UHGV virus genome: UHGV-1356101
Direction: 5' to 3' (one strand)
Source: a virus
DNA length: 37,233 bases
Positions 16,479-24,213 of the stretch are shown here, in pieces. Numbering within the stretch: the stretch's first letter is position 1; every line of letters starts with the position of its first letter. Below the pieces are notes generated by a model that was not told the origin of the DNA, searched no databases, and saw only the letters and a program-made list of their open reading frames with translations. Position numbers and translations under genes: made by a program.

Positions 16479-16697
16479 TTATTTCTGGTCTGCTCCAAAT
16501 CTATCAGCCATCATTTTCACAGCATCCTCGACAAGCTTAATACTCATGTTGAACATCCTGTCTACCTCGTTTTGAGTAACGCTCATGTATTCCCTTGTAA
16601 TAATAATGCTTGTAACAACAGAAACCATGATCGAGCAGATAGTGCTTGCTATTACAATTTCCATGTTAGTCCCCCAATTCCACAACCAGCACACCAA
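16479..16697 (-). CDS. Small membrane protein.
   Basis: 72 aa. Confidence 0.3.
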   Translation of the reverse strand: MVCWLWNWGTNMEIVIASTICSIMVSVVTSIIITREYMSVTQNEVDRMFNMSIKLVEDAVKMMADRFGADQK

Positions 16698-17061
16698 TAA
16701 TGGTTCGTATTGTTTTCACAGGTTTTTCCAAAAATTTTGGGTCTTCTCCGGAAATGCTTCCAGGTTCATATATATTTACTGCCGTACCCATTTCTTTTTG
16801 ATATACAACTTTCACAAGTACTTCTTCTCCAATTACATTTGCCAAGTCCGCCAACCTCAATCCAGATGGCTTGTCCGCCTTAATAGTTCCAACTTTGATA
16901 TCGGACGGCTTATCGTCCTTACAAAAAACCCGAACATCCATATTTACTGTAAGTTCTGCGATATCATCTCTCTCTTTCTGTTCTAATTTGTATGATTTCA
17001 CGCATTTAAGTTTCTTGCCGTCCAAAATTACCCCGTTTTCTATTTTTACAGTGCTAAACAT
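16666..17061 (-). CDS. Hypothetical protein.
   Basis: 131 aa. Confidence 0.4.
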   Translation of the reverse strand: MFSTVKIENGVILDGKKLKCVKSYKLEQKERDDIAELTVNMDVRVFCKDDKPSDIKVGTIKADKPSGLRLADLANVIGEEVLVKVVYQKEMGTAVNIYEPGSISGEDPKFLEKPVKTIRTIIGVLVVELGD

Positions 17062-17075
17062 TGTGTTTTCCCTCC

Positions 17076-17438
17076 TTATTTAAATTCTGACTGAAGTACT
17101 TCTATCTTCGGAATCAGTTCTTCCAGAGATTGACTTATCTCCTGATCAGTACTCCGAGAATCCATGTAATAGTCATGGATAGTTGAATACTGTCTTGACA
17201 TATTCACAACTGAAAATGAAGCAAAAATCACAAAGACAACAAGCGTTACAAGCAGACAGAGGGTCTTATGTTTTAGGCTATCCACTTCTGTTTTAAGTTC
17301 TTCTGCCTCTTTTCTTAACGCATCAAACTCAATTTGATCCATTCTCTGCGATTGAGCATTGAACATCTTTCCTGTACGTTTTTCTGCTTCTTGAACGGGA
17401 TCCATTCCCGGTGTTCCCGGACTGCCACTCCAACACAT
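17076..17438 (-). CDS. Membrane-anchored coiled-coil protein (start probably internal).
   Basis: 120 aa with a coiled-coil then a TM helix. Confidence 0.4.
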   Translation of the reverse strand: MCWSGSPGTPGMDPVQEAEKRTGKMFNAQSQRMDQIEFDALRKEAEELKTEVDSLKHKTLCLLVTLVVFVIFASFSVVNMSRQYSTIHDYYMDSRSTDQEISQSLEELIPKIEVLQSEFK

Positions 17439-17459
17439 CCTCTTTTTCCTCCTTTTCTT

Positions 17460-18239
17460 CTATGCAACTCCGTATTTAATAGCCAGTTCTTTTACAATAG
17501 CCGTATATCCCTCAATCAGTTTCTTATCATCAGCAATCACATCAAGATAATTCAATTTGTCTCTTCTGGATTTGCAAACACCCTCATCTGCCATTCTCCT
17601 ACGCCTGTTCGTGAGTCTCTGTTTTACATTCACTCCCATGCGTTTTTCCAACAGCTGATAGGATTCCGCTCTTACATCTTGATAAGACTTGCTGTCTCCA
17701 CACTCCATACCGATTTTTCTCAAGATTCTTCCGGTATCTTCTCTCCATGATGTTGTATCGATTGCAACAACCTCACGGATGCTTTCAATCCGTTCTTCCA
17801 CGTGCTCAAGCTTCTCTGCCTGACGCTTCTGCTCAATTTCCAAGTTAATCATGACCTGTAACTGCGGTGAGAGTTCTTGTGTGGCAAGAGATGCCGCTTT
17901 GTATTTCTTTTCTACCCGGATGAAATATCTGCGTACTTGCTTTCCTTTTTCGTTCCGCTCAAGCATTGCCATTTCTTTGGCAGTATCCAGTTTGATTATG
18001 TATTCCTTCTGCGTTCCGCCGTTTACTAAATTTTTAGTAAGCGTATCAAAATCTTCTTTCTCGCAAGCATCTACGTCTCCAAGTCTATTTTTAACCCAAT
18101 CGTTAAATCTGCTTTTAACTCCAAGAACCTCATGCAGTTCTGAACCGTATACAACTTTTTCTCCTGTGCTTGTCTCGTATACTGGGACAAGTTCATTTTC
18201 AATTACTTTTAATTCGTTCATTGTTCGTCCTTTCATCAT
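17460..18239 (-). CDS. Phage antirepressor-like protein (AntA/AntB-type N-terminal domain) with a C-terminal coiled coil.
   Basis: SRFNDWVKNRL...YIIKLDTAKEMAMLERNEKGKQVRRYFIRVEKKY matches the AntA/AntB antirepressor N-domain pattern. Confidence 0.7.
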   Translation of the reverse strand: MMKGRTMNELKVIENELVPVYETSTGEKVVYGSELHEVLGVKSRFNDWVKNRLGDVDACEKEDFDTLTKNLVNGGTQKEYIIKLDTAKEMAMLERNEKGKQVRRYFIRVEKKYKAASLATQELSPQLQVMINLEIEQKRQAEKLEHVEERIESIREVVAIDTTSWREDTGRILRKIGMECGDSKSYQDVRAESYQLLEKRMGVNVKQRLTNRRRRMADEGVCKSRRDKLNYLDVIADDKKLIEGYTAIVKELAIKYGVA

Positions 18240-18445
18240 CTTGCTTTCTTTGTTTCTTTCAAAAATGCAGATGCAGCCATCGAAATAATCCCATCGATCT
18301 TTCCCTGTGCTCTTTCCGGAAGCTTATCCCAGTTCTCCGCAATCTTTTTAAAGTCCTCTAATCGTTTTTCTTCTTGCTTCTTTGTGATGTTTTCTGATGT
18401 TTCACTCATGTTCTCATCTCTTTCTTGTTGAATCTTTCTTGTCAT
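18236..18445 (-). CDS. Hypothetical small protein.
   Basis: 69 aa. Confidence 0.35.
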   Translation of the reverse strand: MTRKIQQERDENMSETSENITKKQEEKRLEDFKKIAENWDKLPERAQGKIDGIISMAASAFLKETKKAR

Positions 18446-18467
18446 TTGTTTCCTTATCTCCTATAAT
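18439..18467 (+). promoter_or_regulatory. Near-consensus sigma70-type promoter driving the plus-strand moron (-35 TTGTCA, 17-bp spacer, -10 TATAAT).
   Basis: TTGTCA at 18439..18444 and TATAAT at 18462..18467. Confidence 0.5.
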
Positions 18468-18517
18468 TTACCTACAGGCATCCGCCAATGCCGAGTATTT
18501 AAGAAAGGAGATCGACT

Positions 18518-18742
18518 ATGGTACTTAAATCTTTTGACGAATTTAAAAAATCGTTAACACAAGAAGATATCGACTATATCAACGGCGTTAATGATGAGGA
18601 TTATCCAACGCTTGAAACATCTCTTGGAGACCCTAATGCTTTTAACGAAATAGCCGGATTTATAGCTGGATTCAGTTTTAAAATGAACGTCCGTCTTCTT
18701 GAGTTGTATCACAAATGGCTTTCCGAACAGCTTGAGAAATAA
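18518..18742 (+). CDS. Moron-like small protein of unknown function, the only plus-strand gene in the early lytic block.
   Basis: 74 aa. RBS AAGGAG lies 8 nt upstream of the ATG, and the gene has its own consensus promoter. Confidence 0.5.
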   Translation: MVLKSFDEFKKSLTQEDIDYINGVNDEDYPTLETSLGDPNAFNEIAGFIAGFSFKMNVRLLELYHKWLSEQLEK

Positions 18743-18968
18743 TCTTTCCATTAAGCACAATATCGGAACTGAGCTCCTTGCTTTTTTTAATAGCTTGGAG
18801 TTCTTTTTCATTAGGACATCCACAATATTGACAATATTTGTTTGAACTGTGTATTAAATTTTTGCACCGAGAGCAGCGAATAAAATTTTCGTGTTTTAAT
18901 AAGTATTCGTTGCACTCTTCTTGTGTCATAATCACAGTGTCACCTACTTCATGTTCCGTGTATCCCAT
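18678..18968 (-). CDS. Zinc-ribbon small protein (CSRCKN...CQYCGC).
   Basis: 96 aa with an AGGAGGTG RBS. It overlaps the plus-strand moron 3' end by 65 nt, giving convergent transcription. Confidence 0.4.
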   Translation of the reverse strand: MGYTEHEVGDTVIMTQEECNEYLLKHENFIRCSRCKNLIHSSNKYCQYCGCPNEKELQAIKKSKELSSDIVLNGKIISQAVRKAICDTTQEDGRSF

Positions 18969-19003
18969 TCTCGCTCACCTCCTACTCCAAAAATACTCAA
19001 CAC

Positions 19004-19771
19004 TTACGCCAACGAATCTGTCGCAACCTCAAACAGTTCATTGAACGTGTCACTGTAATACAACGGCTGCACTTCTTTCTGATTATGAGGACTGACTGCA
19101 TTTTCACCGTATTTCAAACCTTTCTCTGTCAGTGATTTGAACTTCTTCACTCTTCCCTTACTTGACTGGCGTTCCTTTTCTTCCAAGATTCCGGCAGATA
19201 AAAGTTTCTTATTGAACTGCACCGCACTGATTCCGAGATTATTTTCTTTCAGCAGTGCTGTGAGCGACTTCATTTCCCGATTGCCGTTAAACTCATAATT
19301 CGGTAAGAACCCTGTTGGAATATGGTAAGAATCGTAGAAGCCTTTCAGCATCAGCAATTTGCTTGCATCGTTCATTCTTAACATGCTTGCTACCACTTCC
19401 AGTGATTCCACCTGTTCTTTTAACGGAATGCCTACGTACTGCGTCCCTTTTTCGATGAAGTCTTTCATCTTCTCGAATGCTTCAATATATGTAGCTGTGA
19501 AAATGACACCTTTCTTTCCGGTCATTTTGTTGGCGATCATGTCGCATCCTTTCTTTGTGCAGAGGTAACATGGTCTTACTTCTCCCTTTGAATCCGTGTA
19601 AGTTGATTCGATGAAGAAATCAACCAAAGCAAAATTGCTTTCGTTAAGATGTTTCATGTACCCTTTGATTTTTCTTATTAAATCTGAATGGTTCATTTGC
19701 ACCATCATTGCTACTTCTCTACTGTCAGTGAGTAGCTGACCGTTTTGTTCAAATACTGTTAAATTGTTCAT
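19004..19771 (-). CDS. Phage regulatory protein Rha / antirepressor (Rha N-domain plus a KilAC-like C-domain).
   Basis: N-terminus NNLTVFEQNGQLLTDSREVAMMVQMNHSDLIRKI is typical of the Rha family. Confidence 0.7.
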   Translation of the reverse strand: MNNLTVFEQNGQLLTDSREVAMMVQMNHSDLIRKIKGYMKHLNESNFALVDFFIESTYTDSKGEVRPCYLCTKKGCDMIANKMTGKKGVIFTATYIEAFEKMKDFIEKGTQYVGIPLKEQVESLEVVASMLRMNDASKLLMLKGFYDSYHIPTGFLPNYEFNGNREMKSLTALLKENNLGISAVQFNKKLLSAGILEEKERQSSKGRVKKFKSLTEKGLKYGENAVSPHNQKEVQPLYYSDTFNELFEVATDSLA

Positions 19772-19782
19772 TTTGTTCTCCT

Positions 19783-19986
19783 TTACAATTTCTTCGGTTT
19801 AATAAACTTGTCCGTATTCACTTCCAGTGCTCCACAGATCAACTCGTATTCTTCAAATTGCAATTTTCTATTTCCGTTTAATGATGAACAAAGCTTTTCT
19901 TTCGATATCCCTGTTTTTTGTGAAACAAAAACCTGCTTAATTCCTTTTTCATCCATGTAAGCCTTAATTCTTTCACCTACACACAT
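19783..19986 (-). CDS. Cro-like XRE-family HTH repressor. Start revised to the Met at 19986 (MCVGERIKAYM...).
   Basis: A GAGGTG RBS sits 8 nt upstream of the ATG at 19986. The HTH_XRE motif is present, and the gene is divergent from the CI-like gene. Confidence 0.7.
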   Translation of the reverse strand: MCVGERIKAYMDEKGIKQVFVSQKTGISKEKLCSSLNGNRKLQFEEYELICGALEVNTDKFIKPKKL

Positions 19987-20008
19987 TCTGTAATCACCTC
20001 TTTCGTTT

Positions 20009-20084
20009 TTCGATTCGTTCGAACTAATTTCATTATAACTTCGAAATATTCGAATGTCAACACTGAAATTTCGATTTTTTCGAA
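20009..20084. promoter_or_regulatory. Three 15-bp operators, TTCGA-N5-TCGAA: O1 20009..20023, O2 20040..20054, O3 20070..20084, with centres about 30-31 bp apart.
   Basis: Read directly from the sequence. O2 fills the spacer of the lytic promoter, and O3 abuts the -35 of the CI promoter. Confidence 0.55.
20032..20060 (-). promoter_or_regulatory. Early lytic promoter (consensus -35 TTGACA, 17-bp spacer, -10 TATAAT) reading toward cro.
   Basis: The minus strand reads TTGACA (20060..20055), then a 17-nt spacer, then TATAAT (20037..20032). Confidence 0.6.
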
Positions 20085-20093
20085 CTTTTTTTA

Positions 20094-20122
20094 TTGAAAA
20101 CATAATTTCCATGTGTTAATAT
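20094..20122 (+). promoter_or_regulatory. Promoter for the CI-like repressor operon (-35 TTGAAA, 17-bp spacer, extended -10 TGtTAATAT).
   Basis: Read directly from the sequence; an AAGGAGG RBS lies 7 nt before the cI ATG. Confidence 0.5.
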
Positions 20123-20145
20123 AGAAGATGCAAGGAGGAAACATA

Positions 20146-20490
20146 ATGAGTTTAGGAGAGAAAATAAAAGAATACAGAAAAAAGAAAAACATGACTCAAA
20201 AAGAACTTGCGAATTTAATAGGTGCAAAACATAATTCAATAAGCGATTGGGAAAACAACAAGAATAAACCAGACGCTGATACTATAGAAAGATTATGTGA
20301 AGTGCTTGAAATGATACCAAACGACTTTTTTGGAAATTATTCCAGAGAGGAAAGTGGAACATTAGTTGGACGGATAATGAAAGATCAAGAGATTATTAAT
20401 ATGATATCTTGTTACTATTCTTTAGACGAATCCGACAAGAAAGCCATAAAGCATCTTATCGAATCGCTTTCTAAAAAGGGTAAGCAATAG
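20146..20490 (+). CDS. CI-like XRE-family repressor. Start revised to the ATG at 20146 (MSLGEKIKEYRKKK...).
   Basis: HTH_XRE motif (NMTQKELANLIGAKHNSISDWEN). The upstream in-frame ATG at 20128 lies inside the RBS. Confidence 0.75.
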   Translation: MSLGEKIKEYRKKKNMTQKELANLIGAKHNSISDWENNKNKPDADTIERLCEVLEMIPNDFFGNYSREESGTLVGRIMKDQEIINMISCYYSLDESDKKAIKHLIESLSKKGKQ

Positions 20491-20503
20491 CCTACCCTTT
20501 AAG
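20473..20503. terminator. Hairpin AAAGGGTA-N10-TACCCTTT overlapping the cI stop codon. On the minus strand it is followed by TTTTT, so it acts as a terminator for the small convergent ORF and possibly in both directions.
   Basis: Read directly from the sequence. Confidence 0.4.
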
Positions 20504-20593
20504 AAACGATCTTATCACATAATAAAGATACTCTAATTTTGCAGTATTACTTATACCGTTGATAAGTTCGATAATCTTGCTTTTGTAATCCAT
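20492..20593 (-). CDS. Candidate 33-aa small ORF (MDYKSKIIELINGISNTAKLEYLYYVIRSFLKG) convergent with cI.
   Basis: An AGGGGGA RBS-like sequence sits 7 nt upstream of the ATG at 20593, and a terminator follows the stop codon. The ORF is too short for the supplied track. Confidence 0.25.
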   Translation of the reverse strand: MDYKSKIIELINGISNTAKLEYLYYVIRSFLKG

Positions 20594-20798
20594 TTTGCCA
20601 TCCCCCTAACTGCAAAAACACTTGTTCGAAATCCCTGAATATATAATACTATCTCAGTGGACAAAAATCAACATTTTATTCGAACATTTGTTCTTATATT
20701 TTATAAGGATTGATGGAAGATTTTAATTTAATATGGTATAACCGCTTCGGCGTTTATATATAAATTGTGGGTAAAGTACAGAGGAAAAGAGGTAAAGT

Positions 20799-21395
20799 AT
20801 GAAAAGAGAAACGAACGAAACGAAGATTTGCAAACATTGCAAAACAGAGATTCCAGCTGGGGCGAAAATTTGTCCAAATTGCCGTAAGAAACAGGGTGGA
20901 AAATTAAAATGGATTATCATTGCTGTTGTAGCAATCGGAATTATAGGTGCTGCTGCTGGTGGGAATGATGACTCTAGCACTGAAACTAAAAAAGCAAGTG
21001 CAGACGTGTCCGTGAAAGATTCGAACAAGGAGACAACTGAACCAACAAAAGAACAAGTAAATGAACCAGAGGAAAAAGAACCAGAAGTCCCTGTAGAGTA
21101 CAAGTCAGCGCTTAAAAAAGCTGAAAAATATAGTAATATGATGCACATGTCGAAACAAGGCATTTATGACCAGCTGACATCCGAATATGGAGAACAGTTC
21201 AGCCCAGAAGCCGCTCAGTATGCTGTTGACAATATGCAAGCAGATTGGAACGCTAACGCCCTTGAAAAAGCAAAATCATATCAAGAACAGATGTCTATGT
21301 CCCCAGAAGCGATCCGTGACCAGTTGACATCTGATAGTGGAGAAAAATTTACGCAAGAAGAAGCGGACTACGCTATAGCTAATTTACCACAATAA
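20799..21395 (+). CDS. ltp: Ltp-like superinfection-exclusion protein. It carries two Ltp repeat domains and is anchored by an N-terminal zinc ribbon plus TM helix rather than a lipobox.
   Basis: Two repeats, ALKKAEKYSNMMHMSKQGIYDQLTSEYGEQFSPEAAQYAVDNM and ALEKAKSYQEQMSMSPEAIRDQLTSDSGEKFTQEEADYAIANL. The N-terminus reads CKHCKTEIPAGAKICPNCRKK followed by a hydrophobic helix. It lies between cI and int. Confidence 0.75.
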   Translation: MKRETNETKICKHCKTEIPAGAKICPNCRKKQGGKLKWIIIAVVAIGIIGAAAGGNDDSSTETKKASADVSVKDSNKETTEPTKEQVNEPEEKEPEVPVEYKSALKKAEKYSNMMHMSKQGIYDQLTSEYGEQFSPEAAQYAVDNMQADWNANALEKAKSYQEQMSMSPEAIRDQLTSDSGEKFTQEEADYAIANLPQ

Positions 21396-21559
21396 AATAG
21401 AAAAACCGCCCCTGCGCCAACAGAGACGGTCTACATATCCGAAGATATGCTATTGAAATCCACGAATATTGTATCATCTTCGGAAACAGCTTGCAATCCA
21501 GAACATTTGTTCATGTGCTGGCTGTTATTTTTATACTTAATTTTAAAGGAGATGATTGT

Positions 21560-22714
21560 ATGGCCAAAAGAAAAAAGCATCCTCGTTTGCCCAATGGTTA
21601 CGGTCAGATACGCTTTCTCGGCAAAGGGCGCCGCAATCCTTACGGCGTTTACCCGCCAGCTAAAGAAGAATACGAAAACGGGCAAATGAAGCCACAGAAA
21701 GCAATATGCTATGTTTCTGACTGGATGATCGGCTTCGCAGTACTGACAGCATACAAAGCCGGCACCTATACTCCCGGCATGGAAAATGATATCCAGGTGG
21801 ATGACAAAAAGAATGCGGAGGATTTTATCCAGTCTCTGCTTGCAAATTATAATCAGGTGCAAGGAATTAAATCAAAGGAAGAGCCACAATTAACATTTGC
21901 GGAAGTATACCGGAAATTCAATGTTAAAAAGTTTGGGCATGAATACGATGCGAAAAAAGTAAAACGTACCAGCTTAGAATATACGCTACGCGCAGGATTC
22001 AAGAACTCTGCTGCCCTACACAACAGAATTTTCGCAGAGCTTGTTACAGACGATCTACAGGAAGTAATGGACGCTTGTCCACTCAGACACGCCAGCATAG
22101 AACACATCCAAAATCTATACTATCACATGTACAAGTATGCTATGGCAAACAATTTATGTACAAAAGATTATTCGTCTTATGTCGAAATCACACAGGATGA
22201 CGATGACGAGCATGGCATTCCATTTACTGATGAAGATTTGAAGAAATTGTGGGAAACAAAAGAAAATGAAGTGTCCGAGATGATTCTGATCATGTGCTAC
22301 TCCGGCTTTCGAATCTCTGAGTATAAGACTTTAGAAGTCCATTTGAAAGAACGTTATTTTTTGGGTGGTATCAAAACGGATGCTGGGAAAAACAGAACCG
22401 TTCCGATTTATTCCGGGATTTTAAATCTTGTAAAGCACAGGATAAAAGTACAGGGTTATATCCTGCCTGATAGAATCGATATATTCCGGGATAAGATGTA
22501 TGCGCAACTGTCCGCACTTGGAATTGAAAAGCATACTCCACATGATTGCCGGCACACATTTTCAAAATTGTGCGAAAAATATAAAGTCGCGGAGAATGAT
22601 CGAAAAAGAATGCTTGGACATAAGATAGGTGATATTACAAATGACACATATGGTCACCGGACATTGGAAGACTTAAGAAATGAGATTGAAAAAATAGAAA
22701 TCAATTTGTTGTAA
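21560..22714 (+). CDS. int: Tyrosine integrase (phage integrase family). Start revised to the ATG at 21560 (MAKRKKHPRLPNGYG...).
   Basis: An AAGGAG RBS lies 8 nt upstream. The C-terminal catalytic region reads HDCRHTF...LGH...TYGH. Confidence 0.9.
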   Translation: MAKRKKHPRLPNGYGQIRFLGKGRRNPYGVYPPAKEEYENGQMKPQKAICYVSDWMIGFAVLTAYKAGTYTPGMENDIQVDDKKNAEDFIQSLLANYNQVQGIKSKEEPQLTFAEVYRKFNVKKFGHEYDAKKVKRTSLEYTLRAGFKNSAALHNRIFAELVTDDLQEVMDACPLRHASIEHIQNLYYHMYKYAMANNLCTKDYSSYVEITQDDDDEHGIPFTDEDLKKLWETKENEVSEMILIMCYSGFRISEYKTLEVHLKERYFLGGIKTDAGKNRTVPIYSGILNLVKHRIKVQGYILPDRIDIFRDKMYAQLSALGIEKHTPHDCRHTFSKLCEKYKVAENDRKRMLGHKIGDITNDTYGHRTLEDLRNEIEKIEINLL

Positions 22715-22924
22715 GTGTGTTGTAAACGGTTCGATTATTCTACCTGAAATCAATTCTTTTTTGATTGCATTTTATTCGGCAAAAAGCCCGTGGTTGACAC
22801 GTTTTTTGAAGTTTTTGCGTCAACCACGGGAATCTTTGAAAATCAATAAATCTTAAGATTGCTTAAAGATTTAATAACGATTTTATAAGCTTTATCAATG
22901 TTTTTGTTGTAAGTGTGTTGTAAA
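22706..22924. repeat. Two perfect 21-bp direct repeats, TTGTTGTAAGTGTGTTGTAAA (22706..22726 and 22904..22924), bracketing the putative attP core. A 12-bp palindrome AATCTTAAGATT lies at 22849..22860.
   Basis: Read directly from the sequence. Copy 1 overlaps the int stop codon. Confidence 0.5.
22787..22835 (-). terminator. Minus-strand rho-independent terminator (12-bp stem CCCGTGGTTGAC/GTCAACCACGGG followed by CTTTTTG) downstream of the late/lysis operon.
   Basis: Read directly from the sequence. Confidence 0.5.
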
Positions 22925-22960
22925 TAGAATGTTTTTATTCAATAAGATTGATACAATATT

Positions 22961-22996
22961 CACCCCTCAGAGAGCTAATCTCCGAGGGGATTTTTA
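22961..22996 (+). terminator. Plus-strand terminator (CCCCTCAGAGA...TCTCCGAGGGG followed by ATTTTTATT) ending the int-side transcript. The two terminators are crossed around the attP core.
   Basis: Read directly from the sequence. Confidence 0.5.
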
Positions 22997-23800
22997 TTAA
23001 ATAGATGTGGTCTCTTTACTGTAAATTACCGACATGAGCCTTGCATACCATGGCGCTTTAGGACTCCACTTGTAACACGGCATGTCCTTACCATTGTTGT
23101 CCTTGTAAATCTGCTGGATGATTTTTAATTCGTCTGGATGACCCAATGTTATTACTTTTTGACCGTCAAAATAATACACTGCACCTTTTCCTTCTACTGT
23201 AAATAAACATTTCATCTCTTCTTCTCCTTCCTGTTCGATTCCTGTATTCTGTTTTTTTTGTTCGCTGCATGCAGACGCTCTACTGTCGATTGCCTTTGCA
23301 ATCAGCCCAGCAATTCCTTTTGTGCCTAAATTCCGATACCTTGCTACATCATCTGCGCCGGTGCAAAATAATGTCTCTACGATCATACCGGGCATATTAG
23401 ATGCATTCAGATCATGGTATCCCGAACTGTACTTTACACCACGGTTAGCAAATCCTTTATTTGCGAAATTCTGGCAGATGTTACTTGCGATCGTATTCAT
23501 GGTCTGGTTGGATGCATCGTATAACCACACCTCTGTGCCGCCAGCTGACGCCGCTCCTGCCGCATTCATGTGCAAGGTGACATAGATATCGCATCCCGCT
23601 CCATTCGCCTTATTTGTGCCGTCAGACAGCTCACCAGACACATTCGATGCGTTGGAGTTACAATCAATCACAGTGTGTCCGACAGCCTGCAACATCGGTA
23701 CAAGTTCGTTGTAGATCTTCCGCACTTCCGCCTGTTCATCGATCAGACCGATTGCACCTTTACAATTCGGGGAATGCCCTCCCCTTAAGCCAATTTTCAT
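22997..23800 (-). CDS. Endolysin: N-acetylmuramoyl-L-alanine amidase (Amidase_3 catalytic domain) with an acidic linker and a C-terminal putative cell-wall-binding domain.
   Basis: N-terminal amidase_3 pattern (GHSPNCKGA...DIYVTLHMNAAG...E). It follows the holin. Confidence 0.85.
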   Translation of the reverse strand: MKIGLRGGHSPNCKGAIGLIDEQAEVRKIYNELVPMLQAVGHTVIDCNSNASNVSGELSDGTNKANGAGCDIYVTLHMNAAGAASAGGTEVWLYDASNQTMNTIASNICQNFANKGFANRGVKYSSGYHDLNASNMPGMIVETLFCTGADDVARYRNLGTKGIAGLIAKAIDSRASACSEQKKQNTGIEQEGEEEMKCLFTVEGKGAVYYFDGQKVITLGHPDELKIIQQIYKDNNGKDMPCYKWSPKAPWYARLMSVIYSKETTSI

Positions 23801-23886
23801 TCTTTCTCTTCCTCCTGCTCTTCCGTTTCAAATGCTTTTTCCAGTTCCTCTACGGATACTCTGCCAAATTCGTTCTGTTCGCTCAT
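23797..23886 (-). CDS. Tiny acidic ORF (29 aa, MSEQNEFGRVSVEELEKAFETEEQEEEKE) between holin and endolysin.
   Basis: A GGAGGTG RBS precedes the ATG at 23886, and the stop overlaps the endolysin ATG (ATGA). Confidence 0.2.
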   Translation of the reverse strand: MSEQNEFGRVSVEELEKAFETEEQEEEKE

Positions 23887-23951
23887 GTTCTCACCTCCTA
23901 CCGTGCGATGTCGCACAACAAAAGAGAGCCTGTTTCCAAGCTCTCCTGAAT

Positions 23952-24200
23952 CTATTTATATGTAAGTGCCCTCTCCGAATCTCCTGTTCCAGGTGTTGTT
24001 GGGTCTACCACTACACCGAGGATCGCCAGCACTGCAAAGAGCGCATTGATTACGGTTAATAGCTTATCACCAAGGTCTCCAAGGTTGATGTTAAGCCCAA
24101 ACACTGCCGCAATTGCCTGTATCAACAGTAAGATTGCCGGGATCAGTGCAACCCAGAATGCCTTGTTTTTAATTCTTACAATCCAGTTAATCTTCTTCAT
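23952..24200 (-). CDS. Holin (SPP1/phiLC3-like class, two TM helices and a charged C-terminus).
   Basis: 82 aa with TM helices, located between XhlA and the endolysin. Confidence 0.75.
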   Translation of the reverse strand: MKKINWIVRIKNKAFWVALIPAILLLIQAIAAVFGLNINLGDLGDKLLTVINALFAVLAILGVVVDPTTPGTGDSERALTYK

Positions 24201-24213
24201 TTTTCATTCTCCT

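Noticed and set aside
20723-21163. 146-aa minus-strand ORF.
   Set aside because: It is fully antisense to the well-supported Ltp-like gene and is low-complexity.
21431-21862. 143-aa minus-strand ORF.
   Set aside because: It overlaps the integrase N-terminus and has no RBS.
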